Shown: positions 62,007-64,000 of the stretch, in pieces
Layout of the letters: each line of letters opens with the position of its first letter
Numbering within the stretch: position 1 is the first letter of the stretch
NCBI GenBank assembly: GCA_973895155.1
Contig: OZ316898.1
Coordinates: 19,479,292-19,543,291, forward strand
Source: Marsupella aquatica
Taxonomy: Eukaryota; Plantae; Marchantiophyta
DNA: 64,000 nt
Direction of reading: 5' to 3'
Position numbers and translations under genes: made by a program
The notes under the pieces: generated by a model
Seen by the model: only the letters and a program-made list of their open reading frames with translations
Databases searched by the model: none
What the model was told of the DNA's origin: nothing

Positions 62007-64000
62007 GAGGCAGCACTGTATCAACATCCATACTCAAAAACAAATACTAGACTGTAAGTTATAAATAGTATAAGTGGACCCACACGAAAATGTTTGCTGG
62101 GCTGTCAATCAGTCAGTGTCTATCAGACTATTCCAGCCAATCGTAATTTCGATTTCTGAGAAAGTTACTAACTTGGCCCCAAAAACACTAACAAAATTGT
62201 CGATTCACCCAGCAAAGAAAAACCAAGGCCTTAACGAATAATGATGGGACATGGATCTGGTGCTTACAGACAGCTACCGTTAGGGAGAAATCTAGGCTCA
62301 CCGTGATTTCCATACTTCATCCTCACTGTTGAGAACTACAGGACTGCACACACGTATAAATATGTACATTGTACCGCTCCAGATAGTAGATCGAGAGGGT
62401 GCTGATCATGCAGCTAGCTAGATAGTAAACTCCACGTCAACGGCAATCTTTAGTCCACAGCCTCAGCAATCCATTGTTCAGGTACCACTTCCGCTCCGTC
62501 GATCAGTTACATACATCATCGAGAGGGTTTGAGGCTCCATATGTATAGAAATCTCTATGATCTCACATTCAAGTTCATTACTAGGAATCCGGTTTCATTG
62601 TATCGTTATCCACATGTCCATAATTTCGCTAGTCCATTGTTGGAAACCCGGTTTCATGGTGTACGTACTGGTCGACCACTCCGTGAGCTAGACAGTGAGA
62701 CTATGGATATGATGTAGTCGTGACGAGTGGACGACAAGCATGTTCGACATATCCCTTCAATTTCGAAGGCCATGCATGCTGCGAGAGCTGCAAGGTCGTG
62801 CCGTACCATCCATCTCTGCAACTGGTCTAGAGGTGAGCATCTGGACTGATCGACTAGAGATATATTACTTAACCATGCCAGGGCCTTTGCACATATCGTG
62901 AAAGATCTGTTACAAAGTTTGGGAGAGGATTTTAAGATTATTTGATACAATTTCGCCTTCTCAGCGCTTTAATTTGTGCTATCAGATTCACAATTATATA
63001 AGCGAAGTTGTTGTTGTATTTAAGTAGAGTCTCTGCTGAAAGCCTCCTTGTCAATCATTAAATTATACTCTCCAACCCTGGATGCTGGGAAGCTAGTATT
63101 TCATTCTGCCATGTCGATCAAGCAGTTTAGAGTATTATTGCACTCTCGATTATCGTTAGCTGCACCACTGCCATGAGTTGTTTGGCTTAGTCTACGTAGT
63201 ATCAGGTGGCATCATTTTCCGCATTTGCAGGTTGATCGATAACACAAATCCTTAACGAGGTTCATCTTAAAATCTTGATATATGTGTTTGTCAATTTTGC
63301 ACATTTCAGGAGTTCTGTTGGCGTGCGACAGGTAACGATTTCATTAATTGATTCTGTCAACCAGAAGTGACTACGTACATAAATAGGCTCTTCATCGGAT
63401 CTTGGAGAAGAATTTGAACAGCCTCAAAGGAGACTGCTCTCTTGAACGACTTCAATTGTGCTACAGCGCATGACTAACGCTCTTTGTCGACAAGTTGCAC
63501 TCCAAGCCAGTAGCGGAGTCGCCGACTCGGTAAGCCGACCATACCAATTCCATTTGTGGGAAGTTTATATTTACCATTACAAACCACACTAACTTTCGAG
63601 AAGGAAGCCAGAAAGCAAGCTTCGGGTTTCCGCACCTTCCTATGCGAATCTCTGAAATCGATGGAGTTGCAGTAGACTCGCGTCCGCGTAGGTACTAATA
63701 AATCAACGTGAGAGAGCTTTGGAAACCAATTATTCAGTCTTTCAGCCCATCACTTCAATGAAATGGCTTCCAAAGGTCTCCGCAACATGTTACATTAATA
63801 TTCTCATGATGCATGATGGTCAGAAATGACAGCCCTACGTTTCCAATGAAAACATTTAAGTATGGCTGTCTGAATAAATAGGGGTGAATATCACTTCAAT
63901 TGAAGGTGTCTATCTGTTGCTTTTTAAGCCATCTCTCCCTGATGCAGCGTAGCCGGTCTATACTAGCACGCACTTTTTCTAGCTACGATCGTAACTTCGT

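Noticed and set aside
62400-64000. Possible gene fragments at the window end (also 35500-36430 and 21017-21334)
   Set aside because: Short ORFs without recognisable motifs or a consistent exon chain.

Overview
Eukaryotic, intron-containing land-plant DNA; an iota-type GST fragment suggests a non-seed plant such as a bryophyte (inference). The first 8 kb hold two ordinary convergent genes: the 3' part of an ALKBH9/10-type RNA demethylase-like gene and a hydroxyphenylpyruvate/glyoxylate reductase. The rest is repeat-rich, with orphan host-gene fragments (sugar transporter, GST, SLP phosphatase), a head-to-head pair of secreted alpha/beta-hydrolase genes, Helitron 3' ends, a truncated LINE-like insertion and MITEs. 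The main finding is an 11,036-bp hAT DNA transposon (41713-52748) with CCCGGTTT-initiated TIRs and a perfect 8-bp TSD CTCTATAC. Besides a decayed BED/DUF659/hATC transposase on the minus strand, it carries two plus-strand cargo genes: a protein kinase (split by a nested 475-bp hAT-type MITE) and a coiled-coil/RING-like protein. Its two arms are mirror images (CCGG-rich subterminal array, telo-boxes, CATAAAAG box, short leader exon, three copies of a shared motif), which suggests an organised three-gene element transcribed inward from both ends. All family assignments come from motif recognition by eye; no database searches were run.
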